Source of the DNA: the human T2T-CHM13v2.0 reference genome, Homo sapiens
Length of the DNA: 64,000 bases
NCBI RefSeq assembly: GCF_009914755.1
Contig: NC_060925.1
Strand: one strand, 5' to 3'
The notes under the pieces are model-generated. The model saw only the letters and a list, made by a program, of their open reading frames with translations, was not told the origin of the DNA and did not search any database. Positions 26,501 to 42,715 of the stretch are shown here, one piece after another (within the stretch, counting starts at the first letter, position 1; every line of letters starts with the position of its first letter). A program made the translations under genes and the position numbers.

Positions 26501-28872
26501 ATCATCATCGAATGGACCCGAATGGAATCATCATCCAACGGAAGCTAATGGAATCAACATCGAATGAATCGAATGGAAACACCATCGAATTGAAACGAAT
26601 GGAATTATCATGAAATTGAAATGGATGGACTCATCATCGAATGGATTCGAATGGAATCATCGAATAAAATTGATTGAAATCATCATCCAATGGAATCGAA
26701 TGGTATCATTGAATGGAATCGAATGGAATCATCATCAGATGGAAATGAATGGAATCGTCATAGAATGGAATCGAATGGATTCATTGAATGGAATCAGATG
26801 GAATCATCGAATGGACTGGAATGGAATCATTGAATGGACTCGAAAGGGATCATTATTGAATGGAATTGAATGGAATCATCGAATGGTCTCTATTGGAATC
26901 ATTATCAAATGGAATCGAATGGAATCACCGAATAGAATCGAATGGAACAATCATCGAATGGACTCAAATGGAATTATCCTCCAATGGAATCGAATGGAAT
27001 TATCGAATGCAATCGAATGGAATTATCGAATGCAATCGAATAGAATCATCGAATGGACTCGAATGGAATCATCGAATGGAATGGAATGGAACAGTCAATG
27101 AACTCGAATGGAATCATCATTGAATGGAATCGAATGGAATCATCGAGTGGAATCGAATGGAATTATGATCAAATGGAATCGAATGTAATCATCATCAAAT
27201 GGAATCAAAAATAACCATCATCAATTGGTATTGAATGGAATTGTCATCAAATGGAATTCAAAGGAATCATCATCAAATGGAACCGAATGGAATCCTCATT
27301 GAATGGAAATGAAAGGGGTCATCATCTAATGGAATCGCATGGAATCATCATCAAATGGAATCGAATGGAATCATCATCAAATGGAATCTAATGGAATCAT
27401 TGAACAGAATTGAATGGAATCGTCATCGAATGAATTGAATGCAATCATCGAATAGTCTCGAATGGAATCATCTTCTAATGGAAAGGAATGGAATCATCGC
27501 ATAGAATCGAATGGAATTATCATCGAATGGAATCGAATGGTATCAACACCAAACGGAAAAAAACGGAATTATCGAATGGAATCGAAGAGAATCTTCGAAC
27601 GGACCCGAATGGAATCATCTAATGGAATGGAATGGAATAATCCATGGACTCGAATGCAATCATCATCGAATGGAATCGAATGGAATCATCGAATGGACTC
27701 GAATGGAATAATCATTGAACGGAATCGATTGGAATCATCATCGGATGGAAACGAATGGAATCATCATCGAATGGAAATGAAAGGAGTCATCATCTAATGG
27801 AATTGCATGGAATCATCATAAAATGGAATCGAATGGAATCAACATCAAATGGAATCAAATGGAATCATTGAACGGAATTGAATGGAATCGTCATCGAATG
27901 AATTGACTGCAATCATCCAATGGTCTCGAATGGAATCATCTTCAAATGGAATGGAATGGAATCATCGCATAGAATCGAATGGAATTATCATCGAATGGAA
28001 TCGAATGGAATCAACATCCAACGGAAAAAAACGGAATTATCGAATGGAATCGAAGAGAATCATCGAATGGACCCGAATGGAATCATGTAATGGAATGGAA
28101 TGGAATAATCCATGGACTCGAATGCAATCATCATCGAATGGAATCGAATGGAATCATCGAATGGACTCGAATGGAATAATCATTGAACGGAATCGAATGG
28201 AATCATCATCGGATGGAAATGAATGGAATCATCATCGAATGGAATCGAATAGAATTATGGAATGAAATCCAGTGTGATCATCATCGAATGGACCCGAATG
28301 GAATCATCATCCAACGGAAGCTAATGGAATCAACATCGAATGAATCAAATGGAAACACCATCGAATTGAAACGAATGGAATTATCATGAAATTGAAATGG
28401 ATGGACTCATCATCGAATGGATTCGAATGGAATCATCGAATAAAATTGATTGAAATCATCATCGAATGGAATCGAATGGTATCATTGAATGGAATCGAAT
28501 GGAATCATCATCAGATGGAAATGAATGGAATCGTCATAGAATGGAATCGAATGGATTCATTGAATGGAATCAGATGGAATCATCGAATGGACTGGAATGG
28601 AATCATTGAATGGACTCGAAAGGGATCATGATTGAATGGAATTGAATGGAATCATCGAATGGTCTCTATTGGAATCATTATCAAATGGAATCGAATGGAA
28701 TCACCGAATAGAATCGAATGGAACAATCATCGAATGGACTCAAATGGAATTATCCTCAAATGGAATCGAATGGAATTATCGAATGCAATCGAATGGAATT
28801 ATCGAATGCAATCGAATAGAATCATCGAATGGACTCGAATGGAATCATCGAATGGAATGGAATGGAACAGTC

Positions 28873-29935
28873 AATGAACTCGAATGGAATCATCATTGAA
28901 TGGAATCGAATGGAATCATCGAGTGGAATCGAATGGAATTATGATCAAATGGAATCGAATGTAATCATCATCAAATGGAATCAAAAATAACCATCATCAA
29001 TTGGTATTGAATGGAATTGTCATCAAATGGAATTCAAAGGAATCATCATCAAATGGAACCGAATGGAATCCTCATTGAATGGAAATGAAAGGGGTCATCA
29101 TCTAATGGAATCGCATGGAATCATCATCTAATGGAATCGAATGGAATCATCATCAAATGGAATCTAATGGAATCATTGAACAGAATTGAATGGAATCGTC
29201 ATCGAATGAATTGAATGCAATCATCGAATGGTCTCGAATGGAATCATCTTCTAATGGAAAGGAATGGAATCATCGCATAGAATCGAATGGAATTATCATC
29301 GAATGGAATCGAATGGTATCAACACCAAACGGAAAAAAACGGAATTATCGAATGGAATCGAAGAGAATCTTCGAACGGACCCGAATGGAATCATCTAATG
29401 GAATGGAATGGAATAATCCATGGACTCGAATGCAATCATCATCGAATGGAATGGAATGGAATCATCGAATGGACTCGAATGGAATAATCATTGAACGGAA
29501 TCGAATGGAATCATCATCGGATGGAAACGAATGGAATCATCATCGAATGGAAATGAAAGGAGTCATCATCTAATGGAATTGCATGGAATCATCATAAAAT
29601 GGAATCGAATGGAATCAACATCAAATGGAATCAAATGGAATCATTGAACGGAATTGAATGGAATCGTCATCGAATGAATTGACTGCAATCATCGAATGGT
29701 CTCGAATGGAATCATCTTCAAATGGAATGTAATGGAATCATCGCATAGAATCGAATGGAATTATCATCGAATGGAATCGAATGGAATCAACATCAAACGG
29801 AAAAAAACGGAATTATCGAATGGAATCGAAGAGAATCATCGAATGGACCCGAATGGAATCATCTAATGGAATGGAATGGAATAATCCATGGACTCGAATG
29901 CAATCATCATCGAATGGAATCGAATGGAATCATCG
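28873..29935 (+). repeat. 1063-bp short unit, copy 3
   Basis: Same junction at 29936. Confidence 0.92.
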
Positions 29936-31711
29936 AATGAACTCGAATGGAATCATCATTGAATGGAATCGAATGGAATCATCGAGTGGAATCGAATGGA
30001 ATTATGATCAAATGGAATCGAATGTAATCATCATCAAATGGAATCAAAAATAACCATCATCAATTGGTATTGAATGGAATTGTCATCAAATGGAATTCAA
30101 AGGAATCATCATCAAATGGAACCGAATGGAATCCTCATTGAATGGAAATGAAAGGGGTCATCATCTAATGGAATCGCATGGAATCATCATCAAATGGAAT
30201 CGAATGGAATCATCATCAAATGGAATCTAATGGAATCATTGAACAGAATTGAATGGAATCGTCATCGAATGAATTGAATGCAATCATCGAATAGTCTCGA
30301 ATGGAATCATCTTCTAATGGAAAGGAATGGAATCATCGCATAGAATCGAATGGAATTATCATCGAATGGAATCGAATGGTATCAACACCAAACGGAAAAA
30401 AACGGAATTATCGAATGGAATCGAAGAGAATCTTCGAACGGACCCGAATGGAATCATCTAATGGAATGGAATGGAATAATCCATGGACTCGAATGCAATC
30501 ATCATCGAATGGAATCGAATGGAATCATCGAATGGACTCGAATGGAATAATCATTGAACGGAATCGATTGGAATCATCATCGGATGGAAACGAATGGAAT
30601 CATCATCGAATGGAAATGAAAGGAGTCATCATCTAATGGAATTGCATGGAATCATCATAAAATGGAATCGAATGGAATCAACATCAAATGGAATCAAATG
30701 GAATCATTGAACGGAATTGAATGGAATCGTCATCGAGTGAATTGACTGCAATCATCCAATGGTCTCGAATGGAATCATCTTCAAATGGAATGGAATGGAA
30801 TCATCGCATAGAATCGAATGGAATTATCATCGAATGGAATCGAATGGAATCAACATCCAACGGAAAAAAACGGAATTATCGAATGGAATCGAAGAGAATC
30901 ATCGAATGGACCCGAATGGAATCATGTAATGGAATGGAATGGAATAATCCATGGACTCGAATGCAATCATCATCGAATGGAATCGAATGGAATCATCGAA
31001 TGGACTCGAATGGAATAATCATTGAACGGAATCGAATGGAATCATCATCGGATAGAAATGAATGGAATCATCATCGAATGGAATCGAATAGAATTATGGA
31101 ATGAAATCCAGTGTGATCATCATCGAATGGACCCGAATGGAATCATCATCCAACGGAAGCTAATGGAATCAACATCGAATGAATCAAATGGAAACACCAT
31201 CGAATTGAAACGAATGGAATTATCATGAAATTGAAATGGATGGACTCATCATCGAATGGATTCGAATGGAATCATCGAATAAAATTGATTGAAATCATCA
31301 TCGAATGGAATCGAATGGTATCATTGAATGGAATCGAATGGAATCATCATCAGATGGAAATGAATGGAATCGTCATAGAATGGAATCGAATGGATTCATT
31401 GAATGGAATCAGATGGAATCATCGAATGGACTGGAATGGAATCATTGAATGGACTCGAAAGGGATCATTATTGAATGGAATTGAATGGAATCATCGAATG
31501 GTCTCGATTGGAATCATTATCAAATGGAATCGAATGGAATCACCGAATAGAATCGAATGGAACAATCATCGAATGGACTCAAATGGAATTATCCTCAAAT
31601 GGAATCGAATGGAATTATCGAAATCAATCGAATGGAATTATCGAATGCAATCGAATAGAATCATCGAATGGACTCGAATGGAATCATCGAATGGAATGGA
31701 ATGGAACAGTC

Positions 31712-32774
31712 AATGAACTCGAATGGAATCATCATTGAATGGAATCGAATGGAATCATCGAGTGGAATCGAATGGAATTATGATCAAATGGAATCGAATG
31801 TAATCATCATCAAATGGAATCAAAAATAACCATCATCAATTGGTATTGAATGGAATTGTCATCAAATGGAATTCAAAGGAATCATCATCAAATGGAACCG
31901 AATGGAATCCTCATTGAATGGAAATGAAAGGGGTCATCATCTAATGGAATCGCATGGAATCATCATCTAATGGAATCGAATGGAATCATCATCAAATGGA
32001 ATCTAATGGAATCATTGAACAGAATTGAATGGAATCGTCATCGAATGAATTGAATGCAATCATCGAATGGTCTCGAATGGAATCATCTTCTAATGGAAAG
32101 GAATGGAATCATCGCATAGAATCGAATGGAATTATCATCGAATGGAATCGAATGGTATCAACACCAAACGGAAAAAAACGGAATTATCGAATGGAATCGA
32201 AGAGAATCTTCGAACGGACCCGAATGGAATCATCTAATGGAATGGAATGGAATAATCCATGGACTCGAATGCAATCATCATCGAATGGAATGGAATGGAA
32301 TCATCGAATGGACTCGAATGGAATAATCATTGAACGGAATCGAATGGAATCATCATCGGATGGAAACGAATGGAATCATCATCGAATGGAAATGAAAGGA
32401 GTCATCATCTAATGGAATTGCATGGAATCATCATAAAATGGAATCGAATGGAATCAACATCAAATGGAATCAAATGGAATCATTGAACGGAATTGAATGG
32501 AATCGTCATCGAATGAATTGACTGCAATCATCGAATGGTCTCGAATGGAATCATCTTCAAATGGAATGGAATGGAATCATCGCATAGAATCGAATGGAAT
32601 TATCATCGAATGGAATCGAATGGAATCAACATCAAACGGAAAAAAACGGAATTATCGAATGGAATCGAAGAGAATCATCGAATGGACCCGAATGGAATCA
32701 TCTAATGGAATGGAATGGAATAATCCATGGACTCGAATGCAATCATCATCGAATGGAATCGAATGGAATCATCG
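31712..32774 (+). repeat. 1063-bp short unit, copy 4
   Basis: Same junction at 32775. Confidence 0.92.
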
Positions 32775-35700
32775 AATGAACTCGAATGGAATCATCATTG
32801 AATGGAATCGAATGGAATCATCGAGTGGAATCGAATGGAATTATGATCAAATGGAATCGAATGTAATCATCATCAAATGGAATCAAAAATAACCATCATC
32901 AATTGGTATTGAATGGAATTGTCATCAAATGGAATTCAAAGGAATCATCATCAAATGGAACCGAATGGAATCCTCATTGAATGGAAATGAAAGGGGTCAT
33001 CATCTAATGGAATCGCATGGAATCATCATCAAATGGAATCGAATGGAATCATCATCAAATGGAATCTAATGGAATCATTGAACAGAATTGAATGGAATCG
33101 TCATCGAATGAATTGAATGCAATCATCGAATGGTCTCGAATGGAATCATCTTCTAATGGAAAGGAATGGAATCATCGCATAGAATCGAATGGAATTATCA
33201 TCGAATGGAATCGAATGGTATCAACACCAAACGGAAAAAAACGGAATTATCGAATGGAATCGAAGAGAATCTTCGAACGGACCCGAATGGAATCATCTAA
33301 TGGAATGGAATGGAATAATCCATGGACTCGAATGCAATCATCATCGAATGGAATCGAATGGAATCATCGAATGGACTCGAATGGAATAATCATTGAACAG
33401 AATCGAATGGAATCATCATCGGATGGAAACGAATGGAATCATCATCGAATGGAAATGAAAGGAGGCATCATCTAATGGAATTGCATGGAATCATCATAAA
33501 ATGGAATCAAATGGAATCAACATCAAATGGAATCAAATGGAATCATTGAACGGAATTGAATGGAATCGTCATCGAATGAATTGACTGCAATCATCGAATG
33601 GTCTCGAATGGAATCATCTTCAAATGGAATGGAATGGAATCATCGCATAGAATCGAATGGAATTATCATCGAATGGAATCGAATGGAATCAACATCAAAC
33701 GGAAAAAAACGGAATTATCGAATGGAATCGAAGAGAATCATCGAATGGAACCGAATGGAATCATCTAATGGAATGGAATGGAATAATCCATGGACTCGAA
33801 TGCAATCATCATCGAATGGAATCGAATGGAATCATCGAATGGACTCGAATGGAATAATCATTGAACGGAATCGAATGGAATCATCATCGGATGGAAATGA
33901 ATGGAATCATCATCGAATGGAATCGAATAGAATTATGGAATGAAATCCAGTGTGATCATCATCGAATGGACCCGAATGGAATCATCATCCAACGGAAGCT
34001 AATGGAATCAACATCGAATGAATCGAATGGAAACACCATCGAATTGAAACGAATGGAATTATCATGAAATTGAAATGGATGGACTCATCATCGAATGGAT
34101 TCGAATGGAATCATCGAATAAAATTGATTGAAATCATCATCGAATGGAATCGAATGGTATCATTGAATGGAATCGAATGGAATCATCATCAGATGGAAAT
34201 GAATGGAATCGTCATAGAATGGAATCGAATGGATTCATTGAATGGAATCAGATGGAATCATCGAATGGACTGGAATGGAATCATTGAATGGACTCGAAAG
34301 GGATCATGATTGAATGGAATTGAATGGAATCATCGAATGGTCTCGATTGGAATCATTATCAAATGGAATCGAATGGAATCACCGAATAGAATCGAATGGA
34401 ACAATCATCGAATGGACTCAAATGGAATTATCCTCAAATGGAATCGAATGGAATTATCGAATGCAATCGAATGGAATTATCGAATGCAATCGAATATAAT
34501 CATCGAATGGACTCGAATGGAATCATCGAATGGAATGGAATGGAACAGTCAATGAACTCGAATGGAATCATCATTGAATGGAATCGAATGGAATCATCGA
34601 GTGGAATCGAATGGAATTATGATCAAATGCAATCGAATGTAATCCTCATCAAATGGAATCAAAAATAACCATCATCAATTGGTATTGAATGGAATTGTCA
34701 TCAAATGGAATTCAAAGGAATCATCATCAAATGGAACCGAATGGAATCCTCATTGAATGGAAATGAAAGGGGTCATCATCTAATGGAATCGCATGGAATC
34801 ATCATCAAATGGAATCGAATGGAATCATCATCAAATGGAATCTAATGGAATCATTGAACAGAATTGAATGGAATCGTCATCGAATGAATTGAATGCAATC
34901 ATCGAATGGTCTCGAATGGAATCATCTTCTAATGGAAAGGAATGGAATCATCGCATAGAATCGAATGGAATTATCATCGAATGGAATCGAATGGTATCAA
35001 CACCAAACGGAAAAAAACGGAATTATCGAATGGAATCGAAGAGAATCTTCGAACGGACCCGAATGGAATCATCTAATGGAATGGAATGGAATAATCCATG
35101 GACTCGAATGCAATCATCATCGAATGGAATCGAATGGAATCATCGAATGGACTCGAATGGAATAATCATTGAACGGAATCGAATGGAATCATCATCGGAT
35201 GGAAACGAATGGAATCATCATCGAATGGAAATGAAAGGAGTCATCATCTAATGGAATTGCATGGAATCATCATAAAATGGAATCCAATGGAATCAACATC
35301 AAATGGAATCAAATGGAATCATTGAACGGAATTGAATGGAATCGTCATCGAATGAATTGACTGCAATCATCCAATGGTCTCGAATGGAATCATCTTCAAA
35401 TGGAATGGAATGGAATCATCGCATAGAATCGAATGGAATTATCATCGAATGGAATCGAATGGAATCAACATCAAACGGAAAAAAACGGAATTATCGAATG
35501 GAATCGAAGAGAATCATCGAATGGACCCGAATGGAATCATCTAATGGAATGGAATGGAATAATCCATGGACTCGAATGCAATCATCATCGAATGGAATCG
35601 AATGGAATCATCGAATGGACTCGAATGGAATAATCATTGAACGGAAACGAATGGAATCATCGTCGGATGGAAATGAAAGGAATCATCATCGAATGGAATC

Positions 35701-38700
35701 GAATAGAATTATGGAATGAAATCCAGTGTGATCATCATCGAATGGACCCGAATGGAATCATCATCCAACGGAAGCTAATGGAATCAACATCGAATGAATC
35801 GAATGGAAACACCATCGAATTGAAACGAATGGAATTATCATGAAATTGAAATGGATGGACTCATCATCGAATGGATTCGAATGGAATCATCGAATAAAAT
35901 TGATTGAAATCATCATCCAATGGAATCGAATGGTATCATTGAATGGAATCGAATGGAATCATCATCAGATGGAAATGAATGGAATCGTCATAGAATGGAA
36001 TCGAATGGATTCATTGAATGGAATCAGATGGAATCATCGAATGGACTGGAATGGAATCATTGAATGGACTCGAAAGGGATCATTATTGAATGGAATTGAA
36101 TGGAATCATCGAATGGTCTCGATTGGAATCATTATCAAATGGAATCGAATGGAATCACCGAATAGAATCGAATGGAACAATCATCGAATGGACTCAAATG
36201 GAATTATCCTCCAATGGAATCGAATGGAATTATCGAATGCAATCGAATGGAATTATCGAATGCAATCGAATAGAATCATCGAATGGACTCGAATGGAATC
36301 ATCGAATGGAATGGAATGGAACAGTCAATGAACTCGAATGGAATCATCATTGAATGGAATCGAATGGAATCATCGAGTGGAATCGAATGGAATTTTGATC
36401 AAATGGAATCGAATGTAATCATCATCAAATGGAATCAAAAATAACCATCATCAATTGGTATTGAATGGAATTGTCATCAAATGGATTTCAAAGGAATCAT
36501 CATCAAATGGAACCGAATGGAATCCTCATTGAATGGAAATGAAAGGGGTCATCATCTAATGGAATCGCATGGAATCATCATCAAATGGAATCGAATGGAA
36601 TCATCATCAAATGGAATCTAATGGAATCATTGAACAGAATTGAATGGAATCGTCATCGAATGAATTGAATGCAATCATCGAATGGTCTCGAATGGAATCA
36701 TCTTCTAATGGAAAGGAATGGAATCATCGCATAGAATCGAATGGAATTATCATCGAATGGAATCGAATGGTATCAACACCAAACGGAAAAAAACGGAATT
36801 ATCGAATGGAATCGAAGAGAATCTTCGAACGGACCCGAATGGAATCATCTAATGGAATGGAATGGAATAATCCATGGACTCGAATGCAATCATCATCGAA
36901 TGGAATCGAATGGAATCATCGAATGGACTCGAATGGAATAATCATTGAACGGAATCGAATGGAATCATCATCGGATGGAAACGAATGGAATCATCATCGA
37001 ATGGAAATGAAAGGTGTCATCATCTAATAGAATTGCATGGAATCATCATAAAATGGAATCGAATGGAATCAACATCAAATGGAATCAAATGGAATCATTG
37101 AACGGAATTGAATGGAATCGTCATCGAATGAATTGACTGCAATCATCCAATGGTCTCGAATGGAATGATCTTCAAATGGAATGGAATGGAATCATCGCAT
37201 AGAATCGAATGGAATTATCATCGAATGGAATCGAATGGAATCAACATCAAACGGAAAAAAACGGAATTATCGAATGGAATCGAAGAGAATCATCGAATGG
37301 ACCCGAATGGAATCATCTAATGGAATGGAATGGAATAATCCATGGACTCGAATGCAATCATCATCGAATGGAATCGAATGGAATCATCGAATGGACTCGA
37401 ATGGAATAATCATTGAACGGAAACGAATGTAATCATCATCGGATGGAAATGAATGGAATCATCATCGAATGGAATCGAATAGAATTATGGAATGAAATCC
37501 AGTGTGATCATCATCGAATGGACCCGAATGGAATCATCATCCAACGGAAGCTAATGGAATCAACATCGAATGAATCGAATGGAAACACCATCGAATTGAA
37601 ACGAATGGAATTATCATGAAATTGAAATGGATGGACTCATCATCGAATGGATTCGAATGGAATCATCGAATAAAATTGATTGAAATCATCATCGAATGGA
37701 ATCGAATGGTATCATTGAATGGAATCGAATGGAATCATCATCAGATGGAAATGAATGGAATCGTCATAGAATGGAATCGAATGGATTCATTGAATGGAAT
37801 CAGATGGAATCATCGAATGGACTGGAATGGAATCATTGAATGGACTCGAAAGGGATCATGATTGAATGGAATTGAATGGAATCATCGAATGGTCTCGATT
37901 GGAATCATTATCAAATGGAATCGAATGGAATCACCGAATAGAATCGAATGGAACAATCATCGAATGGACTCAAATGGAATTATCCTCAAATGGAATCGAA
38001 TGGAATTATCGAATGCAATCGAATGGAATTATCGAATGCAATCGAATAGAATCATCGAATGGACTCGAATGGAATCATCGAATGGAATGGAATGGAACAG
38101 TCAATGAACTCGAATGGAATCATCATTGAATGGAATCGAATGGAATCATCGAGTGGAATCGAATGGAATTATGATCAAATGCAATCGAATGTAATCCTCA
38201 TCAAATGGAATCAAAAATAACCATCATCAATTGGTATTGAATGGAATTGTCATCAAATGGAATTCAAAGGAATCATCATCAAATGGAACCGAATGGAATC
38301 CTCATTGAATGGAAATGAAAGGGGTCATCATCTAATGGAATCGCATGGAATCATCATCAAATGGAATCGAATGGAATCATCATCAAATGGAATCTAACGG
38401 AATCATTGAACAGAATTGAATGGAATCGTCATCGAATGAATTGAATGCAATCATCGAATGGTCTCGAATGGAATCATCTTCTAATGGAAAGGAATGGAAT
38501 CATCGCATAGAATCGAATGGAATTATCATCGAATGGAATCGAATGGTATCAACACCAAACGGAAAAAAACGGAATTATCGAATGGAATCGAAGAGAATCT
38601 TCGAACGGACCCGAATGGAATCATCTAATGGAATGGAATGGAATAATCCATGGACTCGAATGCAATCATCATCGAATGGAATCGAATGGAATCATCGAAT

Positions 38701-41654
38701 GGACTCGAATGGAATAATCATTGAACGGAATCGAATGGAATCATCATCGGATGGAAACGAATGGAATCATCATCGAATGGAAATGAAAGGAGTCATCATC
38801 TAATGGAATTGCATGGAATCATCATAAAATGGAATCCAATGGAATCAACATCAAATGGAATCAAATGGAATCATTGAACGGAATTGAATGGAATCGTCAT
38901 CGAATGAATTGACTGCAATCATCCAATGGTCTCGAATGGAATCATCTTCAAATGGAATGGAATGGAATCATCGCATAGAATCGAATGGAATTATCATCGA
39001 ATGGAATCGAATGGAATCAACATCAAACGGAAAAAAACGGAATTATCGAATGGAATCGAAGAGAATCATCGAATGGACCCGAATGGAATCATCTAATGGA
39101 ATGGAATGGAATAATCCATGGACTCGAATGCAATCATCTTCGAAAGGAATCGAATGGAATCATCGAATGGACTCGAATGGAATAATCATTGAACGGAATC
39201 GAATGGAATCATCATCGGATGGAAATGAAAGGAATCATCATCGAATGGAATCGAATAGAATTATGGAATGAAATCCAGTGTGATCATCATCGAATGGACA
39301 TGAATGGAATCATCATCCAACGGAAGCTAATGGAATCAACATCGAATGAATCGAATGGAAACACCATCGAATTGAAACGAATGGAATTATCATGAAATTG
39401 AAATGGATGGACTCATCATCGAATGGATTCGAATGGAATCATCGAATAAAATTGATTGAAATCATCATCGAATGGAATCGAATGGTATCATTGAATGGAA
39501 TCGAATGGAATCATCATCAGATGGAAATGAATGGAATCGTCATAGAATGGAATCGAATGGATTCATTGAATGGAATCAGATGGAATCATCGAATGGACTG
39601 GAATGGAATCATTGAATGGACTCGAAAGGGATCATGATTGAATGGAATTGAATGGAATCATCGAATGGTCTCGATTGGAATCATTATCAAATGGAATCGA
39701 ATGGAATCACCGAATAGAATCGAATGGAACAATCATCGAATGGACTCAAATGGAATTATCCTCCAATGGAATCGAATGGAATTATCGAATGCAATCGAAT
39801 GGAATTATCGAATGCAATCGAATAGAATCATCGAATGGACTCGAATGGAATCATCGAATGGAATGGAATGGAACAGTCAATGAACTCGAATGGAATCATC
39901 ATTGAATGGAATCGAATGGAATCATCGAGTGGAATCGAATGGAATTATGATCAAATGCAATCGAATGTAATCATCATCAAATGGAATCAAAAATAACCAT
40001 CATCAATTGGTATTGAATGGAATTGTCATCAAATGGAATTCAAAGGAATCATCATCAAATGGAACCGAATGGAATCCTCATTGAATGGAAATGAAAGGGG
40101 TCATCATCTAATGGAATCGCATGGAATCATCATCAAATGGAATCGAATGGAATCATCATCAAATGGAATCTAATGGAATCATTGAACAGAATTGAATGGA
40201 ATCGTCATCGAATGAATTGAATGCAATCATCGAATGGTCTCGAATGGAATCATCTTCTAATGGAAAGGAATGGAATCATCGCATAGAATCGAATGGAATT
40301 ATCATCGAATGGAATCGAATGGTATAAACACCAAACGGAAAAAAACGGAATTATCGAATGGAATCGAAGAGAATCTTCGAACGGACCCGAATGGAATCAT
40401 CTAATGGAATGGAATGGAATAATCCATGGACTCGAATGCAATCATCATCGAATGGAATCGAATGGAATCATCGAATGGACTCGAATGGAATAATCATTGA
40501 ACGGAATCGAATGGAATCATCATCGGATGGAAACGAATGGAATCATCATCGAATGGAAATGAAAGGAGTCATCATCTAATGGAATTGCATGGAATCATCA
40601 TAAAATGCAATCCAATGGAATCAACATCAAATGGAATCAAATGGAATCATTGAACGGAATTGAATGGAATCGTCATCGAATGAATTGACTGCAATCATCC
40701 AATGGTCTCGAATGGAATCATCTTCAAATGGAATGGAATGGAATCATCGCATAGAATCGAATGGAATTATCATCGAATGGAATCGAATGGAATCAACATC
40801 AAACGGAAAAAAACGGAATTATCGAATGGAATCGAAGAGAATCATCGAATGGACCCGAATGGAATCATCTAATGGAATGGAATGGAATAATCCATGGACT
40901 CGAATGCAATCATCATCGAATGGAATCGAATGGAATCATCGAATGGACTCGAATGGAATAATCATTGAACGGAATCGAATGGAATCATCATCGGATGGAA
41001 ATGAATGGAATCATCATCGAATGGAATCGAATAGAATTATGGAATGAAATCCAGTGTGATCATCATCGAATGGACCCGAATGGAATCATCATCCAACGGA
41101 AGCTAATGGAATCAACATCGAATGAATCGAATGGAAACACCATCGAATTGAAACGAATGGAATTATCATGAAATTGAAATGGATGGACTCATCATCGAAT
41201 GGATTCGAATGGAATCATCGAATAAAATTGATTGAAATCATCATCGAATGGAATCGAATGGTATCATTGAATGGAATCGAATGGAATCATCATCAGATGG
41301 AAATGAATGGAATCGTCATAGAATGGAATCGAATGGATTCATTGAATGGAATCAGATGGAATCATCGAATGGACTGGAATGGAATCATTGAATGGACTCG
41401 AAAGGGATCATGATTGAATGGAATTGAATGGAATCATCGAATGGTCTCGATTGGAATCATTATCAAATGGAATCGAATGGAATCACCGAATAGAATCGAA
41501 TGGAACAATCATCGAATGGACTCAAATGGAATTATCCTCAAATGGAATCGAATGGAATTATCGAATGCAATCGAATGGAATTATCGAATGCAATCGAATA
41601 GAATCATCGAATGGACTCGAATGGAATCATCGAATGGAATGGAATGGAACAGTC

Positions 41655-42715
41655 AATGAACTCGAATGGAATCATCATTGAATGGAATCGAATGGAATCA
41701 TTGAGTGGAATCGAATGGAATTATGATCAAATGGAATCGAATGTAATCATCATCAAATGGAATCAAAAATAACCATCATCAATTGGTATTGAATGGAATT
41801 GTCATCAAATGGAATTCAAAGGAATCATCATCAAATGGAACCGAATGGAATCCTCATTGAATGGAAATGAAAGGGGTCATCATCTAATGGAATCGCATGG
41901 AATCATCATCTAATGGAATCGAATGGAATCATCATCAAATGGAATCTAATGGAATCATTGAACAGAATTGAATGGAATCGTCATCGAATGAATTGAATGC
42001 AATCATCGAATGGTCTCGAATGGAATCATCTTCTAATGGAAAGGAATGGAATCATCGCATAGAATCGAATGGAATTATCATCGAATGGAATCGAATGGTA
42101 TCAACACCAAACGGAAAAAAACGGAATTATCGAATGGAATCGAAGAGAATCTTCGAACGGACCCGAATGGAATCATCTAATGGAATGGAATGGAATAATC
42201 CATGGACTCAATGCAATCATCATCGAATGGAATCGAATGGAATCATCGAATGGACTCGAATGGAATAATCATTGAACGGAATCGAATGGAATCATCATCG
42301 GATGGAAACGAATGGAATCATCATCGAATGGAAATGAAAGGAGTCATCATCTAATGGAATTGCATGGAATCATCATAAAATGGAATCGAATGGAATCAAC
42401 ATCAAATGGAATCAAATGGAATCATTGAACGGAATTGAATGGAATCGTCATCGAATGAATTGACTGCAATCATCGAATGGTCTCGAATGGAATCATCTTC
42501 AAATGGAATGGAATGGAATCATCGCATAGAATCGAATGGAATTATCATCGAATGGAATCGAATGGAATCAACATCAAACGGAAAAAAAGGAATTATCGAA
42601 TGGAATCGAAGAGAATCATCGAATGGACCCGAATGGAATCATCTAATGGAATGGAATGGAATAATCCATGGACTCGAATGCAATCATCATCGAATGGAAT
42701 CGAATGGAATCATCG
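41655..42715 (+). repeat. Short unit, copy 5 (1061 bp; two extra 1-bp deletions)
   Basis: Same junction at 42716. GGACTCAATGC at about 42210 and GAAAAAAAGG at about 42589. Confidence 0.9.

Larger units (their letters stand above)
18999..31967 (+). repeat. 6391-bp near-perfect tandem duplication (3x1776 + 1063)
   Basis: Private variants recur at +6391: TATCATCTAA (19358/25749), AATCACCGAATGGAC, GTCTCTATTGG, AATAGTCTC, ATCATGTAAT, GGAATGTAATGG, ATCGAGTGAATT, CGGATAGAAA, TCGAAATCAATC. Bounded by mismatches at 18998/25389 and 25577/31968. Confidence 0.92.
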
